64,000 nucleotides of DNA from Nitrosopumilus sp. (GCA_965205215.1 OZ242041.1:416001-480000); one strand, 5' to 3'; numbered from the stretch's first letter, positions 9,640 through 19,860 are shown. The notes: generated from the sequence alone by a model not told the origin. Program-made: numbers and translations.

Positions 9640-11106
9640 TCACCACATGTCGTCCACCTCGTCCAGCACCCTGTAATCCTTCTCGGCCCCGCGCCTTGCC
9701 AGCTTTAGCCTGGATATGTCCCTGCTAAAGAAGAGGTCGATCACCCAGTCAAGCAGCACCCTGCTCTTCTTCTCCCCCGACGAGATCTTTGATAGGTAGA
9801 CGCCCCTCCATATGAGCCAGGCCCAGAACCCGGACATATTCACGCCAAACACGGACGCGATCGCGGACCTCTTGCCTATGACGGCCATCTGGCCTCTGGG
9901 CTTGAATTCAAATCTCTCCTTTTCGCGGTTTCTTATCAGCGCAACCAGGTTCTTGGCGGCCGTCTTACCCTGAGCCTCTGCCAGCTGCGCGGTGGGCGGG
10001 ACGGGCCTGCCCGTGTCCGGTTCTACGAACAGCGCGCAGTCCCCGACTGCAAAGACCCCCGGAAACTCGGGCACCTCCAGGTAGTCATCCACTATGACCT
10101 TTCCCCTCTGCGTCTTTAGCATGGCTCTCTTGATCATGTCGACGGGCGTGACGCCCGCCGTCCAGATCAGGGTTTTTGACATTATCACCTCATCGTCATC
10201 ATCGCTACCGTTACCGTTCTCCTCCCCCCTGGGCCCTCCGCCACCGTTGCCACCGTTTCCGTCCCCCGCCAGCCTCTTCACCGTTATCTCCTCCCCGTCA
10301 AACGCCCTTACGGCTGACTGCAGCCTGAACTCTATCCCCCTCTCCTCCATCCGTCTCTTTGCAAATGCGGCCAGATCCTTGTTGAACCCGGGAAGTATCT
10401 CCTGCAGCGCCTCTAGTATCACGACCCTTACGTCGTCCTTCCCTACGGAGCGATAATGCTTGTGCGCGTCGTGCAGCAGGTCCATAAGCTCCCCCGCGGT
10501 CTCGATGCCTGCAAAGCCCGCCCCAACCACCACGAAGTTCAGCAGGCGCCTGCGCAGCGCGGGATCCGCCTCGTTCTCGGCCCTCTCAAGCATGTCAATC
10601 ACCCTGTTTCTGAGCTCGGCCGCGTCGTTGAGCGTCTTCATCGTAAAGGCGTTCCTCTCGACGTCGGGCATCCCAAAGAAGTTGGCCTCGCTTCCGAGCG
10701 CCACCACCGCAAAGTCGTAATGCATGGTCAGGCGCCCGGCATCGCCCCCTCCCCACACGGTTATGGTCTTCGCGTACGGGTCTATGCCCCTTACCCTGCC
10801 CTCAAAGAAGCGCGTCCTCTTGCAGATGGTCCGTATGGGCGTAACGATGTGCCTGGTCTCGATCATACCCGACACGACCTGGGGCAGCATGGGCGTAAAG
10901 AGCAGAAAGTTGTCCTCGTTTATCATAACCAGATCGACGTCGGGATCGTCGCCGAGCTCGGATTCTAGCTGGCGCGCGCACGCGACGCCGGCAAAGCCGC
11001 CGCCGGCAATCACTATTCTTTTTCTGGGTTTGGCGGCCCCGCGCCCGTTGTCTCCGATGCTGCCGCCGCTGTCAGACACCAAGCAGCGCCCCGCGTCCGC
11101 GGTCAC
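9640..11106 (-). CDS. Type II NADH dehydrogenase-like FAD oxidoreductase
   Basis: GGGFAG, VVGAGFAGIE, IWTAG, FAVGDCA, PTAQLA. Confidence 0.9.
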   Translation of the reverse strand: MTADAGRCLVSDSGGSIGDNGRGAAKPRKRIVIAGGGFAGVACARQLESELGDDPDVDLVMINEDNFLLFTPMLPQVVSGMIETRHIVTPIRTICKRTRFFEGRVRGIDPYAKTITVWGGGDAGRLTMHYDFAVVALGSEANFFGMPDVERNAFTMKTLNDAAELRNRVIDMLERAENEADPALRRRLLNFVVVGAGFAGIETAGELMDLLHDAHKHYRSVGKDDVRVVILEALQEILPGFNKDLAAFAKRRMEERGIEFRLQSAVRAFDGEEITVKRLAGDGNGGNGGGGPRGEENGNGSDDDDEVIMSKTLIWTAGVTPVDMIKRAMLKTQRGKVIVDDYLEVPEFPGVFAVGDCALFVEPDTGRPVPPTAQLAEAQGKTAAKNLVALIRNREKERFEFKPRGQMAVIGKRSAIASVFGVNMSGFWAWLIWRGVYLSKISSGEKKSRVLLDWVIDLFFSRDISRLKLARRGAEKDYRVLDEVDDMW

Positions 11107-11124
11107 AATATATGCTGTGTGAAT

Positions 11125-11856
11125 CTATATCCTCGCCCGGGACGCGCCGGCGCGCAGGACCTCGTACGCGCGCGCTGCATCCTTCTCCCTCAGTACGACC
11201 GTGATGCCGTCCTGGCCGAAATACGCGTTGACAATCTCTATTCCCGCCGCGTGCAGTATCTCGGCCACATGGGACACAATGTCAGACGGGCCGTCTCGGG
11301 CACGCGCGGCGGAGGGCAGCACGATCCTGATCTTGGCCAAACCCGTACTGAACATCCTCTCCTCCTCCTCGTAGTCTCCACGGCCCCCAGCCGTTGACTC
11401 CTTCCTGAGCATGCCCCTGAACATCTCCCTTACGTCCTCCATATCCTCGGCAAGGAACCTAAACGAGTCCGACAGCCTGAAAAACTCGTAGTTGCCGCCC
11501 ATCTTTGCAAACTTTGCAAGCATCTCTGGCGCCCCACCCAGCCTGTCAAACTCCTCTGCTGAAAACCTGATGTCCATCATCCCGTCAGTCAGCACCACCC
11601 TTGCGTTCTTCAGCACGGACTCTTCCCCCTTGGCTGCGTCCTCCCTGACCGAGAGCCGGTCCGCGTACCTCTTGATGGCCACCACGATCGTGTTCAGGTT
11701 GACGGAGCCGCCGAGCATGCGCTCCACCTCGGGCTGGATCCTCACCGCCAGCGCCGTATAGTTGATCAGGTCCATCCTCATGCAGTCGTATACGGAGCGG
11801 TTTCTTGTTATGATCTCCCTTATGGCGTCCGGAACGGAGACTCCGACTGTCCGCAT
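11125..11856 (-). CDS. ACT-domain protein
   Basis: LINYTALA N-terminus; C-terminal AEILHAAGIEI ACT-like segment. Confidence 0.7.
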   Translation of the reverse strand: MRTVGVSVPDAIREIITRNRSVYDCMRMDLINYTALAVRIQPEVERMLGGSVNLNTIVVAIKRYADRLSVREDAAKGEESVLKNARVVLTDGMMDIRFSAEEFDRLGGAPEMLAKFAKMGGNYEFFRLSDSFRFLAEDMEDVREMFRGMLRKESTAGGRGDYEEEERMFSTGLAKIRIVLPSAARARDGPSDIVSHVAEILHAAGIEIVNAYFGQDGITVVLREKDAARAYEVLRAGASRARI

Positions 11857-11962
11857 GCCATATTACAGCCTGTAAACTATAATAGTCTTTTGTAATATCA
11901 CACCCTAATTAGAATAATATTTATATTATGTAATATACATTACATAAACAGGTGAATATGAC

Positions 11963-12517
11963 ATGTTCTTCGAGAACGAGGCGGACAGGCTCCTGAAGAG
12001 GCTCTTCTCCGATCCATTCTTTGGGATGGGGGGAGGCTCCTGCGAGGGGGGCTCGTGCCGCACAGACCACGAAGAGAGTGCCGACTGGCTCCAGAGCCCA
12101 GGCGTGCGGTCCTATGGCTTTGTAATGACTACAGGGCCGGACGGCCGTCCCGTCGTACGCGAGTACGGAAACGCCGGGATCGTGGGGCGCCGACCCGCCC
12201 ACCTGCCCGGCGCAGGGGGCGCAGTCGAGACTAGGGAGCCCCTGGTGGACACCATAGTCGACGAGAAGGAGAAGGTTGTCAAGATGATAACCGAGATGCC
12301 CGGCGTAGAGAAGCGCGACATCAGGATCGCAGTAGAGGGAAAACACGTGTCAGTCTCCGCGGAAGGCGGGGGCGGCAAGAAGTACCAGGTGCGGATCCCG
12401 CTTGAGCGCAAGGTCAACACCAACTCTGCCAAGGCATCCTACCGCAACGGCATTCTCCAGATCACCTTCGGCTTGGCCGAAGGCGCAAACCGCGGAAAGA
12501 CGGTCAAGGTAGACTGA
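11963..12517 (+). CDS. hsp20: Small heat-shock protein Hsp20
   Basis: GPDGRPVVREYGN, EMPGVEK, ASYRNGILQI. Confidence 0.92.
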   Translation: MFFENEADRLLKRLFSDPFFGMGGGSCEGGSCRTDHEESADWLQSPGVRSYGFVMTTGPDGRPVVREYGNAGIVGRRPAHLPGAGGAVETREPLVDTIVDEKEKVVKMITEMPGVEKRDIRIAVEGKHVSVSAEGGGGKKYQVRIPLERKVNTNSAKASYRNGILQITFGLAEGANRGKTVKVD

Positions 12518-12782
12518 GTCCTCCGCACCCCCCTTCTTTTTCTTTATCTGCTTGGCCGACTCGTATGGTATTGGGCAGCAAACCGACTTTTTACATACTG
12601 CGCCCTGCTCGCATGCTCTCGTCCACGCTGGACGGCAGCATTAAGGTGACAATAGGGGAGGCAAACATGGCCGTTGTTTTTGCGGTACGGCGTCTGGACA
12701 ACTCTGCCGTCACCATAACTGCAAGCGGCGCTTTTTATGGCGGCATCGGCCGTGTCGTCCCCACCCGCCCGTCGTGCCCTGC

Positions 12783-13448
12783 CTAGCAGTACCGCCTGCA
12801 CGCTATCGGCATCTCTAGCTTGTTATACTGCTTTCTTAATTTAGTGCCGACGGTCAATCTCGCCTGATTGAATATTGCCGAGACCTCCGCGTTGGACCGG
12901 CCAAGGCTCAGGTTGGAGCCTGATATCGTGGCTGCATCGAGGATGATGCCGCCCAGGTGGGCCGATGCGTCGTGCAGGCTTCCTTGGCACTCGGGTGCCG
13001 CGTCCTGGGCCAGCTGCATGTGTGCGGTGCGCACCACATACAGCGCAGGCAGCAACATGCGGGGCATCTGGCGCGCCGTGACAGGCGTCACCGTTCTCTG
13101 GCGCGCGCGGATCAGCGCCTCAAGCATGACGGACATCACGTGCTCTTGGCCCATCGACTTGGTGTGCACCTCGTTGCTGGGGTCATACTTGTGGGCCAGC
13201 CTCCTGTTGCGCTCGCGTATGTCGCGCACCTGCCCCCTTATGGACGCAATCGCGGAGTCAAGCGCGTCCGTTGCAAGTTCCAGCCTCGTAAGTATGCCAG
13301 AGGCGGTAATGGCAGCGCTGGCGACAGCGGGGTTCAGCCAGTACAGGTCGCCCATGTCATGTCCCGCGTGCCCCGTGATGGCGCCGCTCGCGGCGCCCCC
13401 GCGTCCCTCCACGTCCGCCTGCAAGTCCGGCGTCAGCATAGCGGCCAT
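12783..13448 (-). CDS. Hypothetical protein, divergent CdvB/Snf7-like
   Basis: Helical ORF; TTATATAA box ~20 nt upstream of ATG 13448; C-terminal half resembles CdvB at 20459. Confidence 0.55.
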   Translation of the reverse strand: MAAMLTPDLQADVEGRGGAASGAITGHAGHDMGDLYWLNPAVASAAITASGILTRLELATDALDSAIASIRGQVRDIRERNRRLAHKYDPSNEVHTKSMGQEHVMSVMLEALIRARQRTVTPVTARQMPRMLLPALYVVRTAHMQLAQDAAPECQGSLHDASAHLGGIILDAATISGSNLSLGRSNAEVSAIFNQARLTVGTKLRKQYNKLEMPIACRRYC

Positions 13449-13837
13449 ACATACCCTTACGCCCTGCGTTATATAAGGAGATATATCCAAATCTGGAGTG
13501 CCTTTTTGCCTGCAAGATCTGGCCCGTGACCTGCAAGGCGGGCCTGCACCCGTACGAACGGCATTGGCGCAAGGAATCGACCTGCAGTTGAAAAGTCGGC
13601 GTTGGTCCATACGGCAACTATTCTAAAGACTGGCAGGCGCCGAGAGTTTTACTGTTCGCGTATGGCCAATGGATGCCTCGCAGGACTTTTTGTAGTACCA
13701 TGCCTGCTTGCCCTAGGCCTTCGCCCCGGTCTCCGCATGCGAGCCCGCGCTCTTGCCAAGGAGCGGTCGTGGTGGGGTACTGGCGGCGCGGCAACCCAAG
13801 ACATGAATATGCTGCCGTCGTACCGGAATCGCCTGCC

Positions 13838-14338
13838 ATGAACGCGGATCCGTATGACATACTTGGAGCCTCGCCGCTGGACCCACCCGAGACGATCAAG
13901 GCCAAGTACCGCAGCTGCATACTGAGGTACCACCCCGACAGGCCCTCTGGCGATATAGAGATGTACAAGATGGTGTTGTGGGCGTACAACAGCATAGCGG
14001 ATCACCACAGCGCGGGGCCGGACATGCCGCGCAAGAGCGGCCACATCAGGAAGCAGTCGGCCAAGTATACGCGCAAGGACCCGTCCAAGAAGGGCAGGGC
14101 CGCCCGCCAGAAGACGCGCCGCCGCAGCAGATCCCAGGGCCGCCCGCCGGCGCGGTGCACCTCGTGCGGCGGGGACGGGTATCACGAGCGCAAGACGGGC
14201 ATGCTGTTCCGCAAGACGCGCAGGTACGCATGCACCTCGTGCGGCGGCACCGGCAAGGTGGATAATGCCGCTGCAGGCCGGGGACGGGGAAGCGGGAATG
14301 GGGACGGGGTGCAGGACGCGCAAAGGCCATCCCCCTAG
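13838..14338 (+). CDS. J-domain protein with CxxCxGxG zinc-finger pair
   Basis: DPYDILG..RYHPD; CTSCGGDG and CTSCGGTG. Confidence 0.75.
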   Translation: MNADPYDILGASPLDPPETIKAKYRSCILRYHPDRPSGDIEMYKMVLWAYNSIADHHSAGPDMPRKSGHIRKQSAKYTRKDPSKKGRAARQKTRRRSRSQGRPPARCTSCGGDGYHERKTGMLFRKTRRYACTSCGGTGKVDNAAAGRGRGSGNGDGVQDAQRPSP

Positions 14339-14372
14339 CCCGGGAGAAGCCGGATGACGGGCGAGGAACGTA

Positions 14373-14564
14373 CTAGCGCCTTATGGAGTCCAGCGTGTGC
14401 CCGCGGTTGGTCACCATCTGGATCACGGCCTCGGTGGTATAGTCTATCCCGTGCTCCTCCTCGAAATGATGCCTCAGTTTTTGAATGGTATCCGCGGTCG
14501 CCTTGGCGTTAAGGGTAAAACTGCACTCAAAGCCATAGTCTGCGCACCTCAGGTTGAGAACCAT
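14373..14564 (-). CDS. Small metal-binding protein (DUF1059-like)
   Basis: LRCADYGFECSF..HFEEEHG. Confidence 0.8.
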   Translation of the reverse strand: MVLNLRCADYGFECSFTLNAKATADTIQKLRHHFEEEHGIDYTTEAVIQMVTNRGHTLDSIRR

Positions 14565-14648
14565 TGTCAGGGCGGAAAATTCAAACCTATAAAATTGTAA
14601 TTAAGGGACGCCGCGCCTTTTATACGGCCTCTGCGCCGCGGTCATGCG

Positions 14649-14978
14649 TTGCTGGATCTAGACAGGAGGGTGTTCGGGCGCATAGTGGCAAGGGAGATCA
14701 TCGGAGCCCGGCCGCCCGCCGTTCCGGACACCAGGGACATGCTTGCCTCCGAGCTTGAGGTGTTGCTGGCGGGACTTGCGGGCGCCGACGCGGAGGAGCT
14801 CCGGCGGCTGCTTGCAGAACAGATGGATGCAGACTCCGCCGTCAACGGCAGGCCTGGCGCCATGGCGCTGGCCCAGGATAAGATACGCCTCTTCAACGAG
14901 TACAGCCGGAGGTATACGGAGGCCATACGCGCAAGGTGCGACGGCGGGGAGCCGGCGCCGGACGGTGCCAACAAGTGA
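14649..14978 (+). CDS. Hypothetical protein
   Basis: TTTTATA box ~25 nt upstream; coding-like composition. Confidence 0.6.
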   Translation: MLDLDRRVFGRIVAREIIGARPPAVPDTRDMLASELEVLLAGLAGADAEELRRLLAEQMDADSAVNGRPGAMALAQDKIRLFNEYSRRYTEAIRARCDGGEPAPDGANK

Positions 14979-14995
14979 CGGCCGCGCCCGGCCTG

Positions 14996-16051
14996 TTACC
15001 CTTTGCGCCCCCCGTCCCCGCCGAACCTTCGCTTTAGCAGGATTGAGATGACCGCGCCCGCGGGGATCCCCGCTATCGTGCCTATGCTCACGTAGGGCGC
15101 GATGAAGATATTTCCCAGCCATATGCCACCCTCGGCGGTAAGCTCCATGAACATCCTGGGCCGCAGCACGGTCGACACGGTCTGCGCGTCGGACTGCTCC
15201 TCCCCCACGTCGTCCACGTACTGGACCGTGATCTCAAACGGCAGCTTGTACTCCGTGGGTACCTCCTCTGCCGGCGTGACTATTCTCGAGGTTATGCTGA
15301 CGGGCACCCCCCTCTCTATCTTTGAGAACGCGTGCAGCGTCTCGCCCCGGAACTCGATGTCCGACGGCGGGATTATCCTGATCCGCGCGTCCCTGAGATC
15401 AATGTCGTTTGATAAAACCTCGACCGTAATTGGGAACTCGGCGTTGCCGAATATCGACTCTGGCATCTGCGTGCGGATGCTGACGCTCGCGTCTCCCTTT
15501 ATCTTGATCGGGACCGCTATGTCGTAAAAGAACGGCGCCTGGGGCTCTTCGTTGTTTGCAACCAGGACGTGAGTGTAACGCAGGTTCAGATAGTGCGTGC
15601 CGGGGCCCGCGTCGTCGGCCGCGGATATGGCGATGCTCTCGCCGTACGAGCCGCCCTCGGCCAGCCGCCCTATGGCCAGGGCGTCCGGGGGGTCGGCGCC
15701 GACTGTCCCGTCGTCGGACAGCGATATCTCAAAGGAGATGTCCTGCTTGTCCTCCCAGCCGTTGTTCTTGACGAGGATGGAGACGGTCCCCTCCCTTCCC
15801 GCGACTAGGCCGTCAGGATATGTTATCTCTATGTTTATTCCGCCCTCCACGGAGTGCGCATCCACGAGGGATCCCACCTCTGCGTGCGCCGCGTGCGGCA
15901 CGGATGCTCCTGCATATGCGACGGCCACTGTCATTACCACGAGTGCCAGCACTGGAGGCGACGGCAATGACGGTGGTGACCGTGGTGGTGGCGGCCGCGG
16001 CGCCCCTTGTGCACCGGCGTTCCCGCACCGCGACGGCAACCGATCCCTCAT
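14996..16051 (-). CDS. Secreted/membrane-anchored Ig-like surface protein
   Basis: Signal-like hydrophobic stretch, acidic beta-rich domains, C-terminal TM followed by KRR. Confidence 0.7.
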   Translation of the reverse strand: MRDRLPSRCGNAGAQGAPRPPPPRSPPSLPSPPVLALVVMTVAVAYAGASVPHAAHAEVGSLVDAHSVEGGINIEITYPDGLVAGREGTVSILVKNNGWEDKQDISFEISLSDDGTVGADPPDALAIGRLAEGGSYGESIAISAADDAGPGTHYLNLRYTHVLVANNEEPQAPFFYDIAVPIKIKGDASVSIRTQMPESIFGNAEFPITVEVLSNDIDLRDARIRIIPPSDIEFRGETLHAFSKIERGVPVSITSRIVTPAEEVPTEYKLPFEITVQYVDDVGEEQSDAQTVSTVLRPRMFMELTAEGGIWLGNIFIAPYVSIGTIAGIPAGAVISILLKRRFGGDGGRKG

Positions 16052-16209
16052 GCCTCCTTATAGGGGCGGTTTGATAATAATACACTGCCTGCAGATCCAC
16101 GCCCGTGGCTGCGGACGCACGGGCGCCTTGGCATGTGCGTGCCTACAGCGCCCGTTGTGCCCCGAATGAGTTCATGATTAATAAAGACCACTTTTTGAGG
16201 TTAATAGCC

Positions 16210-17112
16210 ATGGTAAGTGTATCAAAAGATCTGTGTAACAGGTGCAGGGGCGTCATGGTCACCGACAACGAGTCTGGAGAGATGTTCTGCTCCGCCTGCG
16301 GCTACGTGGTATCTGAAAAGCTGCAGGAGTCGGGACCTGAGTGGCGCTCGTTTGCCCAGGACGAGCACGGCGATCGTGCAAGGGCCGGGGCCCCGACCTC
16401 GCTGACAATGCATGACATGGGGCTTGCGACCATCATCAATCCTCTGAACAAGGATGCCTCCGGGCGCCCGCTTGCCGCGACCATGAAGAGCACCATAGAG
16501 CGGCTCCGTACGTGGGACAGCCGCAGCCAGGTGCACGAGCCGGTTGATCGCAACTTCAGGCAGGCGTTCAGCGAGCTTAACCGCCTAAAGGACAAGATGG
16601 CAATCTCGGATCCCGTGATCGAGAAGGCCGCCTACATATACAGAAAGGCGCTCGACAAGGGGCTTGTACGGGGCCGTTCCATATCGGCCCTGATGGCATC
16701 CGCCCTGTACGCGGCGTGCAGGGAGACCGCCACGCCGCGGAACCTCAAGGACGTGGAGCAGGCCGCCAACATCAAGCGCAAGGACATCGCGAGATGCTAC
16801 CGGCTGCTTGTCAAGGAGCTCGACCTGAGGATGCCCGTCACGGACTCGATCCAGTGCATTGCAAGGATCGCAAGCAGGATTGGGATAGAGGAGAAGACGA
16901 AGAGGTACGCAATAAAGGTCCTCAAAAAGGCGCAGGAGAACGAGGTCTCCGCCGGAAAGGATCCGATGGGGCTTGCGGCCGCGGCGCTGTACCTGTCGTG
17001 CGTCAAGAACGGGGAGGACAAGACCCAGCGCGACATAGCAGAGTCGGCAAACGTGACAGAGGTTACCATACGGAACAGGTACAAGGGGCTCAAGGACTCG
17101 CTCGACCTCTGA
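16210..17112 (+). CDS. tfb: Transcription initiation factor IIB
   Basis: Zn ribbon CNRC..CSACG, GPEWR, LVRGRS, GKDPMGLAAAALY, VTEVTIRNRYK. Confidence 0.97.
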   Translation: MVSVSKDLCNRCRGVMVTDNESGEMFCSACGYVVSEKLQESGPEWRSFAQDEHGDRARAGAPTSLTMHDMGLATIINPLNKDASGRPLAATMKSTIERLRTWDSRSQVHEPVDRNFRQAFSELNRLKDKMAISDPVIEKAAYIYRKALDKGLVRGRSISALMASALYAACRETATPRNLKDVEQAANIKRKDIARCYRLLVKELDLRMPVTDSIQCIARIASRIGIEEKTKRYAIKVLKKAQENEVSAGKDPMGLAAAALYLSCVKNGEDKTQRDIAESANVTEVTIRNRYKGLKDSLDL

Positions 17113-17206
17113 CTCCGTTATCCGAGTTTTTCTTTACCGCCTTGACGCGCGCGGCGCGGCATAGGTGCCGCCGCCCGATCATTATTAAGCCCCGCCTGCG
17201 CCCCGC

Positions 17207-17761
17207 GTGACGTTGAGCGCGACGGAGGAGCTGCGGCGTGACCACATACAGGTGCGCAGGTTCGACAGCATAGTCACAAAGTGCTACACCGCGCTATACG
17301 ACGGCAGGAGCGTCCCGTTCGGCGACGTTGAAAAGATTGCGCGCGTAATGGAGGAGTTTCTTGACGCCGTGCACTACTCCCGGGAGGAGGACTCGTACTT
17401 TCCGTGCGTCGCAAGCTACGACCACCTGAGGCGCGAGATCCACGTGCTGCTGGTAGAGCACGAGTTCTCCAGGCGCGTCGCGGTGCAGCTGCGGCGGTAC
17501 ATGCGGCGCTGGAAAGAGGAGGGGAGCGACCTGAACGCGCGCGAGCCCATCGCCCGGTACATGAGGGCGTACTCAGTATACATATCCGACCACCTCTCAA
17601 AGGAGGAGGACTTTTTTGACAGGGCCGAGGCAGAGATACTCTCAAAGGAGGAAGAGTTCGAGATGTACGAGCAGTTCCGCTCCGTAGTGGCCACGTCCAA
17701 GAAGCTTGACGATCTGATGGGCGACATAGACCATCTCGAGTCGCAGCCCTGGGCGGCCTGA
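17207..17761 (+). CDS. Hemerythrin-like domain protein
   Basis: LRRDH, HYSREE, EHE, HLSKEE. Confidence 0.85.
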   Translation: MTLSATEELRRDHIQVRRFDSIVTKCYTALYDGRSVPFGDVEKIARVMEEFLDAVHYSREEDSYFPCVASYDHLRREIHVLLVEHEFSRRVAVQLRRYMRRWKEEGSDLNAREPIARYMRAYSVYISDHLSKEEDFFDRAEAEILSKEEEFEMYEQFRSVVATSKKLDDLMGDIDHLESQPWAA

Positions 17762-17839
17762 CACCCGCCGCTGTCCCAGCTGCGCGCGGCCCTGCCGGTC
17801 ACGGCAAGCTCTTTAAGGCCGGCCCTGTGCCAGTGCGTC

Positions 17840-18358
17840 ATGGCAAGGCCGTTCGTACTGTGGATGACGGGACTGCCGTGCTCCGGCAAGACCACCATAG
17901 TGAAGGATCTCCAAAGGGACATTCCAAACTTGGCGATGCTCGACGGCGACGAGCTGAGGGAGTGGCTGTCCCCCAAGGACTTTTCAAAGGAGGGGCGCGA
18001 CGAGCACAACAAAAAGGTCGCGCACCTTGCCAAGATGCTGCTAAGGCACGGGGTTCCCAGCGTGGTATCGCTGGTCTCCCCTTACGCGGAGAACAGGGAG
18101 AACGCCCGGAGCATAGTGGACTCTGGCGACCAGTTTGCCGAGTGCTACGTCAAGTGCTCCCTTGCAAAGTGCGAGGAGCGAGACGTCAAGGGCATGTACG
18201 CCAAGGCCCGCAGGGGCGAGATCAAGGGGTTTACGGGGATAGACGACCCGTACGAGGCTCCCGAGAACGCGGATCTCATAGTCGACACGGAGGACGAGCC
18301 GCTGGAGGACAGCGCGCAAAAGGTAAAGTCATTTCTCCGCGGCCGCGGCCTGATCTGA
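17840..18358 (+). CDS. cysC: Adenylyl-sulfate kinase
   Basis: GLPCSGKTT, LDGD, RDVKGMY, FTGIDDPYEAP. Confidence 0.95.
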   Translation: MARPFVLWMTGLPCSGKTTIVKDLQRDIPNLAMLDGDELREWLSPKDFSKEGRDEHNKKVAHLAKMLLRHGVPSVVSLVSPYAENRENARSIVDSGDQFAECYVKCSLAKCEERDVKGMYAKARRGEIKGFTGIDDPYEAPENADLIVDTEDEPLEDSAQKVKSFLRGRGLI

Positions 18359-19204
18359 TGACAGCGCAAACTCGCTGACTATGCGCCCGTGCACGGCGCC
18401 GTTTGTGGCCAAGATACCATGCCTGTGGTGGACGTCCTCGTTGTTGTACGTGAGGTCGCGCCCGCGCACGTCGGTCATCGTTCCACCGGCCTCCGTTATG
18501 ATGCAGTACGACGCGGCCGTGTCCCACTCCTTTATCCTGTCGGTGGTCGTAATGTACGCCTCGGCCTGGCCGGAGCTTATCATCCCGACCTTGAGGGAGC
18601 TTCCTATACTCACAAACTCCTTTACCCCGAGCCCGGCTATGAACCCCCTTTCCTGGTCCGTGAGGTGGTGCCTTGAGCCGACCATCCTGCACTCGGACAG
18701 CGCGGACGTGTCCGTCACCGCGATCCTCCTCCAGCCCTCCGCGTCATGGCAGAACGCGCCCCGGCCTTTCTGCGCGACAAATATGGTGTTGTCGGTGGGC
18801 CGCAGTATGACACCCAGCACGGGCCTCTTTTCTTTTATGAGCGCCACCATTATGGTAAACTCGCCGGTCCTGTCTATAAAGTCGGACGTGCCGTCGAGCG
18901 GGTCCACTATCCACACCGTCTCTGATCCCGTTCTGTCCGCGCGCAGGATCCACCGGTCCGCGTCTTCCTCGGACAGTATCGCGTGCCCCGTCTTTGACAG
19001 CAGCTCTGTCAGTATTCTGTGGCTTGCAAGATCGGCCTCCGTGACAGGCGAGCCGTCCTCCTTCTTCTCGGAGCCGCCGGCGTTCTTGCGGTATATGTCG
19101 AGGACCACGGCGCCCGCACTGGTTACTGCCTCGAGCGCGGCGCCGAGCTCCGGGGCCGCATCTTTTATCGGCGGCGGATCCGGCGCCAGCACAGGCCGGC
19201 TCAT
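18329..19204 (-). CDS. cysQ: 3'(2'),5'-bisphosphate nucleotidase
   Basis: SPVTEAD, LSEE, WIVDPLDGT, EWDTAA; start overlaps the upstream stop (ATGA). Confidence 0.9.
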   Translation of the reverse strand: MSRPVLAPDPPPIKDAAPELGAALEAVTSAGAVVLDIYRKNAGGSEKKEDGSPVTEADLASHRILTELLSKTGHAILSEEDADRWILRADRTGSETVWIVDPLDGTSDFIDRTGEFTIMVALIKEKRPVLGVILRPTDNTIFVAQKGRGAFCHDAEGWRRIAVTDTSALSECRMVGSRHHLTDQERGFIAGLGVKEFVSIGSSLKVGMISSGQAEAYITTTDRIKEWDTAASYCIITEAGGTMTDVRGRDLTYNNEDVHHRHGILATNGAVHGRIVSEFALSSDQAAAAEK

Positions 19205-19407
19205 GTCGTCAGCTCCGGCTTTAGCGTCCAGACCACGCCCAGGACGACGAACGGTATCGACATGACGCCCACGATGCCAAGTATGGTATTGAACTGTGAC
19301 TCGGAGACCTCCGGGTTGTTTACGATCCAGGGCAGCGGCAGGGTTATGATTACCCATATGATTCCCAAGAGTATGATCAGCTTGGCCTTTGCCTTTCTGT
19401 TCATCAT
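19201..19407 (-). CDS. Small two-TM membrane protein
   Basis: MMNRKAKAKLIILLGIIWVIITLPLPW..; translationally coupled to cysQ. Confidence 0.7.
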   Translation of the reverse strand: MMNRKAKAKLIILLGIIWVIITLPLPWIVNNPEVSESQFNTILGIVGVMSIPFVVLGVVWTLKPELTT

Positions 19408-19725
19408 GCGACTTGGCATGGCCCTGCCGTAATAAATGTCGGAGTGCGGGGACCTCGCAGGCCCGGGGCGGCCGTTCCACACCCCTTTCAGGCCGGCCGC
19501 CCAGATCCGTCTTGGCGGGCATCGGAGTTCCGGAATTCGCGCGTGGCGCGCCAAGGGGTGAACGGCCTCATTCAGGTCCCTGCGATCTGTCCCTGTCACT
19601 GCGTCCTCCGTTCCTGCCGGCGTGATGGTATGCCTGCAAAAATGATGCAATTTTTTCTAAAAACAACCCTAAAAAATATGAGATGGTGGAAAAAATGTTA
19701 AATACCCAGATTTACTAGTTAGATT

Positions 19726-19855
19726 GATGCCGATGGATGCAAGTTCTATCGACTGACGGCGCGTAACCCCGCAGAACGAAATGGCCAAGGGACTTGGTTT
19801 CCCGAACGGAGAGGAAATCTCTCATTGTTCTGTAGCAGAGGGGTTGCGCCACCCC
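19726..19855 (+). ncRNA. Candidate structured ncRNA, family not recognised
   Basis: TTAAATA box ~25 nt upstream; nested stems GGCGC..AACCCC/GGGGTT..GCGCC, GCAGAAC/GTTCTGT, GCCAAG/CTTGGT, GAGAG/CTCTC, CGATGGA/TCTATCG. Confidence 0.55.
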
Positions 19856-19860
19856 TTATC

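Noticed and set aside
12565-12786. 73-aa ORF after hsp20
   Set aside because: No motif or clear promoter; cannot be supported.
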